A DNA stretch of 64,000 nt from the human T2T-CHM13v2.0 reference genome, Homo sapiens, in NCBI RefSeq assembly GCF_009914755.1, contig NC_060936.1. The stretch is one strand, 5' to 3'. Positions 39,713 through 54,094 of this stretch are shown one piece after another; position 1 is the stretch's first letter; every line of letters begins with the position of its first letter. The notes under the pieces are model-generated. The model did no database searches. It had not been told where the DNA came from and saw nothing but the letters and a program-made list of their open reading frames with translations. Both the position numbers and the translations under genes were made by a program.

Positions 39713-41294
39713 ATAGAAGAACAAGAAGGCACCTGGCAGTGGAAGTAGGAAGAAGGAAGGCTAGTTGGGGGATTTAGGGAGGCAGGACAACCTCAGGTTA
39801 CTAAATCTTCCACTGTCATTTGCACGAGACAGGGTGCTTAGCAAATTCCTGCATGGAAAACTCTCCTCTAGAAGCATATAGAATATAGGTAATAATTGCC
39901 CTTCTCTTGTACACCTGAGTTCAGAATGATTGGCCTCACCACAAGTAGGCCAAGAATATCCAATCAATTACTGCTCCAAATGCCTTCACTAATTTAGGGC
40001 TCAAAAAAGGAAAAGATTATAAAAGTAATTTGGTGGTTTCAAATGTATTTTCCCCTTGAAAACAGCCTTAAAAAGAGCAAAACCACAGCAATTTTTTGCA
40101 AAATGAAATTTAGCCACTACTTGTTTTTAATGTAGATATATTTTCAATTTTAATAAAACTCAAAGCATCCAGAATGCATTATTAATATGTCATGGCTTCA
40201 GCTCCTGGGACAAAATGTTTTCAGCCCCTCCAGAGTTTGCAGTGCAAATCTTGAATACCGGTGCAATCATCAGGTGTAGAGAGCAAAGTGAAACTGACCC
40301 TCCTGATTATAGGTTCACACCAACTCCACCCAAAAATGGCCTTGTGACACCTGATATAACTCACTTTTCTACCACTCTAATTAATGCTTTACTTCCTCAC
40401 AATGCTTTCTGGAATCAGGCTTGGGGACAGTATCTGATCCCAGGGATGCAGTGAGTAACATGAGCAGCAATGACATTGACCTCCTATGACTCATCATCTA
40501 CACAGGTGTAACAGGGAGGGTCCTTTGTAGACTCTCATCTTACAAGGACATCTGACACCATGTGACATGGAGACCTTATGCCCTGGCACCCCTGGAGTGG
40601 GGTGGGGAATCCCACATCTGTAAAGTCGGCCACTCACCATGGTGTCAGCCATCCAGCTCCCCTGTCATAGTCCCTTCACACCCTGTGACGGTGTCAAAAG
40701 GCATGTGTTCATGTTTAATTCCATCAAGACCCAGAATTCTGCCTAAGGCTCCTCTGTCTCCTCCACATAGCCACCAAATAGGCTTTGGAAGACAGGAGAT
40801 CAAGAATAATTTTTCACTGAAGTAGTACGTATGCTCTTTGTCTCCATGTCACGCCAAGAATATACAGATGCAGAGCTCAGGAAGCCTAGAATTTGGGCTT
40901 TGACGATCACTGTGTCAAGCCCCCTCCTGCTATCTCAAAGCGAAAAGGGGGTGAGGATATGCAGGGGCTACAAATGGAACCAGAATAGATTAGGATACAA
41001 AGCAACTTCTCAACTCCTCAGTCTCCTCTCCTATCCCTTCTCTTTTGTCCCTTCTTTCTTTGTCCTTCTTCCTCCCATCCCTCTCCCCTCCACCCCTTTC
41101 TCTCCTCCCCTTCTTCTCTCCTCACCCTTCCTCTCCCCCTCTGTGTCTGCTCCTAATCTGCTCCATCACCCTCAACTCTATCACATTCCTGTTCTCAGAA
41201 TATTGCCCCAACTTGGCTCCTGTCTGCCCCAGTCCCACCTCAACCTCTTGCCCTTCCTCACATTTGGGTTCACTCAGTTTATGTTCCTAAGAGA

Positions 41295-41525
41295 TCATCT
41301 GATTGCCCAGTCTCACCCCTACTCATGGGCAAACCTACTGATTGGCTGCCCTTGATGAGGTGCCCACCTCTCATCCAATAAATTATGGCTAGGGTGAATG
41401 AAGGGAACAGGATCATGTGATACACAACATGGCCGCCTACATAATGAAAACTCAGGCCAGGAAAGTTTCGTTTAGAAGGCAGTGTGGGCAGAGCAAGCTT
41501 GCTCCATACATCCTGCATTGTACAA
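41295..41525 (-). mobile_element. MLT1J/K-like LTR fragment
   Basis: CTGATTGGCTGCCCTTG...AGGTGCCCACCTCTCATCCAAT...GGATCATGTGATACACAACATGGCCGCC. Confidence 0.55.
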
Positions 41526-41977
41526 TTGAGGACCATTTCTCAATAACGGAAGCAACTTGGAGAGAAAGGTTGAATGGCATCATGAAAATAAAACAAGACT
41601 TAGAATTAAAGACTAAAGTTCAACTCTTGGCTCTACCCCTTAACAAGTCATTTACCCTCTATGACCCTTAATTTCTCCATCTGTTAAATGGAGAAAATCA
41701 AGCACGTCCTGACTACCTCTCTGGCATGTTCTGTGAAGCAAATTAGCTTATTGATAAGAAAGTGTTCTGTAAGCTGTAAAGTACTACATACATAGACACA
41801 CACACACACAAATACATACACACATCCCAATGTATAGCTGTATATACATATATACATCATACATGTTATTTATATGTAAAATTATTTGTAATTATATAGA
41901 CAGTTATTTCCCAAGGTCACCTAGCTACTTATTAGAAGCATGTTATCCAACCTGACTTTGCTAATTTGTGCATCAAA

Positions 41978-42082
41978 CTGCTACCTATTCGGTACTATGC
42001 TCACTACCTGGGTACTATACCCATGTAACAAACCTGCACATGTACCCCCTGTATCTAAAATAAAAGTTGATTCTCAAAAAAT
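41978..42082 (+). mobile_element. Old L1PA/L1PB 3' tip
   Basis: CTACCTATTCGGTACTATGCTCACTACCTGGGT...ATACCCATGTAACAAACCTGCACATGTACCCCCTGTATCTAAAATAAAAGTTGA. Confidence 0.85.
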
Positions 42083-43020
42083 ACTAACTTGATTCTACCT
42101 AGAATTAAGCATGGTTTATCTTTACGGCGGGGGAGTGAGGGATGTATAAGACAAATTTTCCAAAAGGAGAGGGAAGAGAATCTGTTTCAGGGCCCTTGTC
42201 CATGGCAGGCCCTTATGATATGCTATCTCACTTACTCCTCACAGCTCTGTGTGAGCTCTATGTTACCATTCTTTATTTGATGAGATCACACAGCAAATAA
42301 GTGAGTACATTCAGATTCAAACCCCAGGCAGGTTGACTCCGTCCCACCAATCCCCCCTCCTACCAGTAGGCTTGCAAGGAGGTGTCTTCAACACTTTCCT
42401 CTCCTGGTTCACTTTGCTTCTCTCCCTCCATTCTCTCAGCCCTTCCTGGGACCATCAATACTTAATGCTTTATGCTATCACATTTGTAGCTGTGAAGGAT
42501 CCAATTGTGTGGTTGATCTATAATGTAAGGTTAATGTCTAATTAGCTCGTTTAACATTTCTTTTGTGGATAATTCATGATAGGTCATTAACAAAAGCCAG
42601 GGCAAGTGGAGGGGCATGTTTGTTGCCATAAATCAGTGACCTAAAAACATCATAGAAAGAAGAAAATGCATGTATTATTCAGGTCAAACAAAGAGCCAGG
42701 TCTGCATATGGCTTCTCAATACTCTTCTGACCCTGAGGTCAAGGGACCAAGTGCAAGGCATGAAAGGTATTTGCTATTAGTAGAAATGGACTGCCCAGGG
42801 CCTAATGGGGACACATATCTCCGGGTCAATACAATGGCTACACAACTCATGGTTAAACTTATGATCCCCACATGGAAAAGGCTTCTTCAACCACCAAATA
42901 ATGCACACCTCCCACACCAGTAAGTAGCTACCAGTTATTAAGCACCTACTATGTGTCAAGCTAAAGCATGTGTCTGGGATGTGTGTGTGTCTGTGTGTGT
43001 GTGTGCATGTGTGTGTTCCA

Positions 43021-43531
43021 TGTATAAGATAGTTATTGCTGCATGACAAACTGCCCCAAACTCAGTGACTTTTCTTAAGTCTGTGTCTTGGCTGGTTGCT
43101 GCTGTTGATCTGGGTTAGTTCATCTGATCTCAGCTGGATTCTCTCATGCATCTGTGTTCAGCTGCTAGGTTGGCTAGGGCCTGCTTGTGTAGTATGGCTT
43201 CATTCACATGTCCCACTATTGAATGGTGACAGGGGTGACTGGATCACATGTCTCTCATAATGAAGTCAGGTTTCCATGAGGTAGATTAGAAGCATGTAAA
43301 ACCTCATGAAGCTGAGGCTTGGAACTGGCATGCTGTCACATTGGCAGCATTTTATGGCCCCTTTTAATGGCCACCATTTTATTGGCTTTTGTAAGTCACA
43401 AGCCCAGCTTAGATTCAGCTTAGGCAGAGCAATTGACCCTATCTTTTGATGGAATTAGCTGCAAAATCACTGCAAGGGTGCATAATGGATGAAGAATTGC
43501 AGCTTTTTTTTTTTGCAATTATTCTACCACA
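43021..43531 (-). mobile_element. MLT1H-like LTR
   Basis: TATTGCTGCATGACAAACTGCCCCAAACTCAGTG...GGAACTGGCATGCTGTCAC...AAGTCACAAGCCCAGC...TCTACCACA. Confidence 0.7.
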
Positions 43532-43554
43532 ATCCATGTATTCCTTATAACAAA

Positions 43555-44040
43555 CCATTTATCCATTCTTCCAATATTTATTGAACACCTACCATGTGTC
43601 AAAAGCTGTTCCAGATGCTGAGGAAATAATCAGTAAATAAGAGAAAGTCCCTACTCACACAGAACTTAACATCTAGTGGTGAATAAGAGACAAAGACTGA
43701 ACAGGTGAATAAATACATATATAAGATACTCTTAAATAATATTAAATGCTATAATGAAAATATAACAGAGTGACTGCCTATTAGGTACGTGGCTAGAGGT
43801 GATTTTTGATGTTGTGGTCAAGGACAGCCTCTCTGGGGAGGGAACATTTGGCCTGAAACCTGAGTGATGAGAAGAAATCAGCCTGCAGAACTGGGAACAG
43901 CACATTTTAGCAAAAGGAAGAGCAGGTACAAAGGTCCTGAGGCAGGATTGCCTCAAGAAATAGGAAAATGGCCAGGTGTGGCTGGAACACAGTAGGTGAG
44001 AGGAAGAGGAGCATCAGGCAAAGCCCAGGAGGTATGCGGA
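43555..44040 (-). mobile_element. L2 3' end
   Basis: AATATTTATTGAACACCTACCATGTG...GTGGTCAAGGACAGCCTCTCTG...CAAAGGTCCTGAGGCAGGA. Confidence 0.85.
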
Positions 44041-44533
44041 TCCTTGGAGGGAGGTAGGATTACTTTTAAAGAAAACAAAACTCAAAGGGGAAGTAATTTC
44101 CCAAAGGAGGTCGTAAAAATAGCTAATGAGTGACAGAACTAGGATTCAAAACTGGGACCCTCTGAATTCCAAGTCCATGTTCCTTCCACTTTCCCATTCT
44201 GCCTCCTGGGATAAACATCAAGCTGGGGCTTTTTCATGTAGGCAAACAAGATCGCAAGCAGGAGAGTCTAACATCAGAGTCTCTCACGGAATTTAGCAAC
44301 AGCCAAAGCTGGACGCTGAAGCTCAGTCCAAGCTAATCTCGCCTTTGGCTGGTTCTGCCCCATGCTGCTCCTTGGGCAGCCGACAGACAAACCCACACAC
44401 CACAGGGTCCCAGGACAAGTTGGTCACAGCGGCATCCCAGCTGTCTTCCCAGAGTGTATCCTTTCTCACTGGTTCCATATTTACCAGGAGGCCCTATTCT
44501 TCTCCCTATCTTGGGTCTTTCTTGGGGAGGGCA

Positions 44534-44725
44534 TTTTTTTTTAAACTTGTTAGCTCAGGGGTATAAGTGCAGATTTGTTACATAGGTAAACTTGTGTCAT
44601 GGGGATTTGTTGTACAAATTATTTCATCACTCAGGTATTAAGCCTAGTACCCATTAGTTATTTTTCCTGATCCCCTCCCTCCTCCCACTTTCCACCCTCC
44701 AATAGGCCCCAGTGTATGTTGTTCC
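44534..44725 (-). mobile_element. Old L1PA (L1PA13-16-like) 3' end with degraded TSD
   Basis: GTGCAGATTTGTTACATAGGTAAACTTGTGTCATGGGG...AGGCCCCAGTGTATGTTGTTCC; TSD TGGGGAGGGCATTTT / TGGGCAGGACATTTT. Confidence 0.88.
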
Positions 44726-44964
44726 TGGGCAGGACATTTTACCTCCTAACTATCTATATTCCACCAGGAATCTCTAAGACTTTTGTTGTAGAATCTCTGC
44801 CTGTACCTGGAAAAGAAAAGCAAGATGGACAGATAATCTGCTGATAAATCCCATACAAGATCAGGAAGCCCCAGTTCAAGAATTCAGTTGTCTTACTTGT
44901 TGGCTTACAGTTACTTTACTTGTTGGCTAAACCCATGCAAAGCTTTGCATTGATTAAAATATGA

Positions 44965-46200
<1,236 letters not shown>

Positions 46201-47362
46201 TCCCGTATGGCCAATGGAATGCTCATAGAAGATGCTCTCCTTCTGTGATGTGCTGCCCTGTTTGCTTGCTGCTGAAATAATTAATGAGTCAGACACTTCA
46301 CAGCAAGATGACCACACTGGCTCCACATTGCTGTTACTGCTGTTTTCCTCACTCCTTGGTAGATAGTTTGGAAGGATCCAGACCTCCCCACCTAGTAAAT
46401 GAATGATGAGGACAGATCAGACCGGCTAGGTTGCAGCGAGATTAACGATGATGTGAGTTTGACCTGTCCAGAGTTGAGTGCCCCTCATTGAGAAGAACCT
46501 GAGAAACCCTCCTTTGTCCCAAATCCCTCATAGACAACTCGGCTGCTTTACTGAACTAAGCAGGTGTGGGGGAGATGCCAGGATGGCCCCTCCAAAGGGG
46601 AATGAAGATTAAGCACATAAGCTGGCCTTTTAAAAGCTTAGCAGCCCTTTCCAATTGGATCCCAAATGGACCACACTTGAGAAATTAAATAAACAGCATT
46701 TGTCAAGGGCTTTTGTGGGCTCCCAGCTGTATTTATTTATAGGTTGGTCTGTTATTTATGGGCACTCGTGCTCCGTATAAAAGCTTTGTCGGAGAGAAGT
46801 GGTGGGGAGGAGGCAGAGTGCTTTAATGCTTACTTGGACACTTAAGTATTCGCTCCAAGGAGCTCAAACAATGAGCATTTGCTGCTTTTGTCCCACAGAA
46901 GCTGGGTGCTAGTGTACAATAAGATGGCATTCCTAGAAATGCTGGACCACCGAGCACACCCCCAAAAGAAAGAGTCAGGAGTCCCTTTGGAGACCTCTGA
47001 GGGCCAGTTCCCAAAGAACAGTTGAAAATTTCAGATCAGCCACATCTTTGACTCACTGTGACTTCCAACACACAGCTGATAAGGCCCAATAGTTATGTTT
47101 TCAGAAACATACCCACAACTCCTGGCACAAAGTGGAGGCTCCGTAGATGTTGGTGAATGAAGGAATGAAGAAATGCAAGAATAAATGACTATTTGCTGTC
47201 CTCATAGCTAAGAAACCGAAAAAGAAGAGACCTCAAGATGTCACATGGAATATATTGATCAAAAAGCAACCTAGTAATACATACCTAGGACCTTAACATT
47301 TCCACAGCTTGGATTTAGTGGTTCTCTCCTAAGAATTCATCCAAAAGAAAAATCCAAGCATT

Positions 47363-48355
47363 AAGAAGAGAAAAGGGAAGGGAAGGGAAGGGAAGGGAAG
47401 GGAAGGGAAGGGAAGGGAAGGGAAGGGAAGGGAAGGGAAGGGAAGGGGAGTGGAGAGGAGGGAAGGGAAGGGAAAAGGAGGGGAAAAGGAGGGGAAAAGG
47501 AGGGGAAAGGGAGGGGAAAGGGAGGGGAAAGGGAGGGGAGGGAAGAGGAAGGGGAGGAGAGGGAAGAGGAAGGGGAGGAGAGGGAAAAGGGAGGGGAGGG
47601 GAGGGAAAAGGGCGGGGAGGGGAGGGAAAAGGAAGGGGAGGGGAGGGAAAAGGGAGGGGAGGGGAGGGAAAAGGGAGGGAAGGGGAGGGAAAAGGGAGGG
47701 GAGAGGGGAGGGGAAGGGGAGGGAAGGGGAGAGGGGAGGGGAGGGGAGGAGATGTGAAGTGGAGGGGAAGGGATGTGAAGGGGAGGGGAGGGGAGGGGAT
47801 GGAGAGGGGAGGGGAGGGGATGTGAAGGGAAGGGGAGGGGAGGGGATGGAGAGGGGAGGGGAGGGGATGTGAAGGGGAGGGGAGGGGAGGGGATGGAGAG
47901 GGGAGGGGAGGGGATGTGAAGGGGAGGGGAGGGGAGGGGATGTGAAGGGAAGGGGAGGGGAGGGGAGAGGGGAGGGGAAGAGAAGGGGAGGGGAGGGGAG
48001 GGGAGAGGGGAGGGGAAGAGGAGAGGAGGGGAAGAGGAGAGGAGGGGAAGAGGAGAGGAGGGGAGGGGAGGGGAAGGGGAGGGGAGGGGAAGGGGAGAGG
48101 AGGGGAAGGGGAGGGGAGGGGAGGGGAAGGGGAGGGGAGGGGAAGGGGAGGGGAGGGGAGGGCAAGGGGAGGGGAGGGCAAGGGGAGGGGAGGGGAAGGG
48201 GAAGGGAGGGGAAGGGGAGGGGAAGGGGAGTGGAGGGGAGATAGGGAGGGGAGTGAAGGGGAGGTAGGAGGGGAGGGGAGGTAGGAGGGGAGTGGAGGGG
48301 AGGTAGGGAGGGGAGTGGAGGGGAGGTAGGGAGGGGAGGGGAGGGGAGGGAAAAA
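47363..48355. repeat. ~1-kb polypurine tract beginning with (AAGGG)15
   Basis: Perfect AAGGG x15 at 47373-47447, then GGGGA/GGGAA-derived units; almost no pyrimidines on the + strand. Confidence 0.97.
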
Positions 48356-48486
48356 CATGCCAAAATAAAAGGTGTTCATTGCTTTGTTCTTTGTAATAGT
48401 GAAGAATTAGAAAACATGGAATATCAACATTACAGGAATTATTAATTACCTGCTTTGATAAACTATTAAAAATTTGTTCATAAACA

Positions 48487-48787
<301 letters not shown>

Positions 48788-51787
48788 TCATGTTAAAATA
48801 TTACATGAGATATGCAGTATAAAATATTACCTTAATGGTATTATTAAACTTAGGTGTGTGTTTTCAACCATTAGAGAAAAAACACTGAAACAAAAACACT
48901 CCAAGACATTAAGTGTGGTTATGTTTGGACAAAAGAGCTATGAGTAATGTTTTCTTATGTCTTTTATTTTTCTGAATGTTCAAGTTTTTATTAAAAATCA
49001 CAAAGGAGGTTGATGATTAAAAAATAATCAATTCACCATTTAATCAATCAGTTGCATTCTCCCACCTCAAGGAAAAACCCTCTTTACAGCATACAAAGAA
49101 AGATAATCCACTGGGGTATTTTTATTAACACTATTACAAAATATTTTTTAATGTCCTATACACGTACAACTGTTTTGCCGTCATGGAAGCAAAAGAAATG
49201 TCCACACAAAAAATTAAAATATCAGATCACCAATTAATCATTTTGGCTTCTTTTAAGTGCAATGAACAAAAATATGTGTTCTCTTTCTATGTGTGTCTTT
49301 TTTCTCCCTGCCTTTGTATATACATCAGCCTCCAAGCCATATGAAAGCTTCGTACCCATCCCCACTATCTTCCCTCTTCCAGGAATTGTGGTCTTTCTTT
49401 GTTCATTTGCTCCTTTTCTTGTAACTGAGAGCTATAAACCTTCTTTGTACCCATCACTTGCCCACAACCTTAGTACTTTCTGCATGAACTCAGATAAGAT
49501 GGCAGGGCAAATGGAAACCACAGATTCAGAATCATGTGGACTTGAGTTCAAATCCCAGCTCTGTCACTTCCAAGCTGCATGACCTGGGGCAAGTCATTTA
49601 ATTGCTCCATCTGTCAGTTTCCAAGCTTGATAATGGCCAAAAGGAGATCATCATAAAAACAAAGTAAGAGTTGCAAAAGTAATGATCAACACATCTTAGC
49701 CACCTAGAGCATCCCAGACATTATGCTAAGAGCTTTACGTGCATGAAGTCATTTATGTCTCACCATAAGCCAATGAGGTAGATGCTTTTTTCCCACTTTA
49801 CAGATAAAAAGGCAGATCCATAAGTAACAGTGATCATTCACAGGGTGCACATCTTATAGTTAGATCCTGTTCTGATTCCACCCTAACAACAACTTGCCTA
49901 CTGGTTCATTATTATACTCATTTTCTAGATAAGGTCACTGAGGCTCAGAAGGACAAAGGGTTTGAGCATATTCTCCTGGCCTATAGGTAACGAAGGCAGG
50001 ACTCTCATTTTGCCATCTCTCTCCCAACTTCTAAGTTATATGTGCACTTGGTAGATACTTGACAACTGGTGTGATCCAGGACAAGGAGAGGAAGCATGTG
50101 CTGCCCAGACCGCTGTGGCTCAGCCCTTCACAGAGCTGGGTAACCTTGGCTCCTGACAATTACCCTACCATCAAACCAGGGGTCTGGTTACAGGGAAAAG
50201 CTTTGAAGCAGGACAAGCTCAGGGGACATGGACATTGCTCAAGCCACTGCCACATCTCTGTAGTAATGGCTACTGTCTGACTAGATGCAATCAATACCCT
50301 TCTGCCCTTCCCACACAGATGGGAGGTCATAAAAAGAAATCTCCAAGGAGACAAATAAAAGTTGATGCCCAAAGTCTAGCCTGGGATGAAAAGTTGTTTT
50401 AGTCCAGAGCAAATTAAACATCAGCGCTGTCCTTTGAGGCATCAGCAAGGCAACAAAGTGTGGGATGTGGGGATGTTACATGGAATCCTTTAGAATGGGT
50501 TCAACTGAGGAGTTTGCCTATTTCACCTGGATTATTGCAACTCGTATTGAATTGTAGATGTTCTATGAGTAAGGACCAGACCGTAGCAACCCGGGCTATT
50601 TGGGGTGAAAAGGAAAGTGGGGAGCCAGAGTTTCACATGTGTGAATTATTTGGGTTTGAAATGAACATATTCTGCTGGGCATGGAGGAGAGGCCGGGGCG
50701 GTTGGTTCCCATTAAGCTTAGTAGCCTGAGGATTCCCTGCATGCAGATGCATTCCGGCCCCAGCACCATCCCAGAGGCCAGAGCGCCAGGGACCCAGTGC
50801 AGCCTGAGAATGTCCCTCCAGCTGCTGACGCAGGGGACCCCAGTGTTTCCACTGGGCCTCTAGAGAAAGAAGTAGCCAGAAAGGCTCGGGACACCAAAAC
50901 TTCCATCCCTCCCATTTTCCAAGGCCCCTAATTAGGCATTTACATGACAGACCGATTAAGTCCCTGAAAGAGTGGTTACAGGCTATTGGGTAATTAGTGA
51001 CATTTTTAAAATACATTTTTAACCACACAAAACCATGTTTACACAATGTTAAGGAACTGGCTTCAAACCACAGGAGTGGGAAAAAAAAACCTTAGCAAAG
51101 GCAGAGAAAGTCTGGCTCTGGAAGGCAAAGGGCAGTTGTGTTCCCTTTGATGTTCAGAGCATGGGTTTGGTTGATCTGCCTAAGATCTGATGGTCAGTTT
51201 TTCTGACTTCCGGAATCTGAGGGCCTACTATGTACCAGGCATTGCCCGGCGAGTATGTACCAGGCATTGCCTGGTAAGTTGAAGATACAAGACGGATCAT
51301 AAATCAGTCTTTTAACTTGAGAAACTCACAATTCTCAGTTGCACTGTGGCAGTTTTTATATTGCTATCTTCATTCATGCATACACTTAGTAATCCATTCA
51401 ACAAACATCAACTGAGCACCTACTGTGTGCCCAGCAAGGAAATATAAAGATAAGAAAAGGCGTGCTCTCCTGTTGAGGAGTTCCCAGTTAGGAATCCTCT
51501 TGAGACTCTGTTTGTTATTAGCATCTTTGTGCAGTCATGTCTATATTCAATGAATGTGCCAAGCTCCTCTCTAGACTCAGGATTCAAAGTAGAGGGAGAT
51601 CTAGATTTTTCCTAAACTCACAGCCCTTATGGATTTTGTTTTTGCATTACTTTCAATTCATTAATTTACTCATTTATTCACAAATATGCTGAGCTCTTAC
51701 TCTGTAATAGACACAGGGCTAAGTCCTGACATTCAGAAATAAATAAGATCTGGTCCCACCCTGGGCTCAGAGAAAGATGCATGTGTT

Positions 51788-52241
51788 CTGTGGGACTCTT
51801 CACAATAGCGAAGACTTGGAACCAACCTAAATGTCCATCGGTGACAGACTGGATTAAGAAAATGTGGCACATATACACCATGGAATACTATGCAGCCATA
51901 AAAAAGGATGAGTTCATTTCCTTTGTAGGGACATGGATGAAGCTGGAAACCATCATTCTGAGCAAACTATCACAAGGACAGAAAACCAAACACCACATCT
52001 TCTCACTCATAGATGGGAAATAAACAATGAAAACACTTGGAACCAGGGTGGGGAACATCACACACCGGGGCCTGTCGTGGGGTGGGGGTAGGGGGAAGGG
52101 ATAGCATTAGGGGAAATACCTAATGTAAATGACGAGTTAACGGGTGTAGCACACCAACATGGCACATGTATACATATGTAACAAACCTGCATGTTGTGCA
52201 CATGCACCCTAGAACTTAAAGAATAATAAACAAACAAACAA

Positions 52242-52242
<1 letters not shown>
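51788..52242 (+). mobile_element. L1PA5/6-like 3' end
   Basis: ORF 51781..52023 gives LFTIAKTWNQPKCPS...MEYYAAIKKDEF (ORF2 C-terminus), followed by the 3' UTR and tail. Confidence 0.93.

Positions 52243-52290
<48 letters not shown>
52243..52290. repeat. (TAGA)12 tetranucleotide STR in the L1 tail
   Basis: 12 perfect TAGA units counted. Confidence 0.95.
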
Positions 52291-52458
52291 GATAAATGTT
52301 GCATGCGTCCATGGTGTCAGCAGAGTGAGCAGCTGACAGGTGAGTTGCTAGGTGAGCTCCATGGTGAGGCAGCCCCAGAGGAGAGAAATAAGCCCTGAGT
52401 GGTCAACTATTGACTGGAAATTGCTAAGTCATGAGTTTAAACAAAGATCCATGAGGGT

Positions 52459-52847
<389 letters not shown>

Positions 52848-53377
52848 CTAGTCCCTGCTTTGACATTAAATAAACCTGGAACCTTAAGCAAGCCACTTAC
52901 TGCCTTTAGCCCTCGGTTTCCCATCTGTAAAATGGAGAGCTCACCATCTACTGCATAGATTAATAATGATGACAGTAATAGCAACAATGTCCTATTAATA
53001 TATGTAATATTGTTAATATTAACTATAATCACTGACATTTTTAAGCACTGTTCATCCAGGTACCCTTCCAAATTCTTTACATGCACTAGTCATTTAACCC
53101 TTATATAACCCAAATGAGCCGGTGCTACTACTTAGCCCCATTTTGAAGATAAGGAAAGCAAGACCCAGAGAGGGTAAGTAACTTGCCCAAGAACACAAAG
53201 CTAGTAAGCACCTTCAGGATGCCTGTTCTCAGTCCCTGTGAAATGAGATCATGTCTAGAACATGGAAACACCATGCTGACACATGCAACTGCTCAGCAAA
53301 GGTTACTGGAACTCAAAGCTGGAAGGACTAAAAATCACTAATATGTATATTTAGCAGAGGGTGGCCAGATCTCCAAC

Positions 53378-53905
53378 TGAATTCGTTTTCCGTTGCTGTG
53401 TAACAAATTACTACAAATTTGGCAGCTTAAAACAACACACGTTTATTATCTTACAGTTTCCGTGGGTCAGGAGTCCAGGCAGAGTTTAGCTGGGTCCTCT
53501 GGCTCAGAGTCTCACAAGGATGCAATCAGCACATTGGCCAGGCTGCATTCCTTTCTGGAGGTTCCAGGTCTTCTTTTAAAGTTCACATAGCTGTCCGCAG
53601 AATTTGGTTTCTTGCAGATGTAAGAATGAGGTCCTCACGTCCTCGAGGGTACCTGCAGTTCCCTGCCATGTGGCAGTTCACATCATACCAGCTTGCATCT
53701 TCAAGGCCTGCAGAGTCCTTGGCTCCAGTCTGCTGGGACAGAGTCGCACGCAACATAACATAGTCACGGGAGTGATATTCCATCCCCTTTGTCATAGTCT
53801 ACTGGTTAGAAGAAAGCCACAGGTGCTGCCCACATACAAGGGCAGAGGATTGTACAAGGACATAACTTGGGGGGGATGGTCACTTTCGAGCCAACCCACT
53901 ACACA
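53378..53905 (-). mobile_element. MLT1D/E-like LTR
   Basis: GTTGCTGTGTAACAAATTACTACAAATTTGGCAGCTTAAAACAACAC...GGGTCAGGAGTCCAGG...ACCCACTACA. Confidence 0.8.
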
Positions 53906-53921
53906 ACTAGGGTAGTAAGTG

Positions 53922-54094
53922 TTAGAGTGTAACTGGATTGTTTGCAACTCAATGGATAAATGCTTGAGGGGATGGATACCCCATTCTTCATGAGGTTCTT
54001 GCTTCACATCGAACGCCTGTATCAAAACATCTCATGTATCCCATAAATATACGTACCTGCTATGCACCCACAAAAATTAAAAAGAAAATAAAAA
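53922..54094 (+). mobile_element. L1MA1-3-like 3' tip
   Basis: GAGTGTAACTGGATTGTTTG..GGATAAATGCTTGAGGGGATGGATACCCCATT...CCTGTATCAAAACATCTCATGTA..CCCACAAAAATTAAAAA. Confidence 0.88.

Noticed and set aside
44300-44351. CAGCCAAAG...CTTTGGCTG inverted repeat as a possible pre-miRNA
   Set aside because: Interior pairing is too broken for a miRNA-like stem
47315-48379. 354-aa and 344-aa extensin-like Pro-rich ORFs
   Set aside because: Artefacts of the G/A-only tract; open in several frames and on both strands
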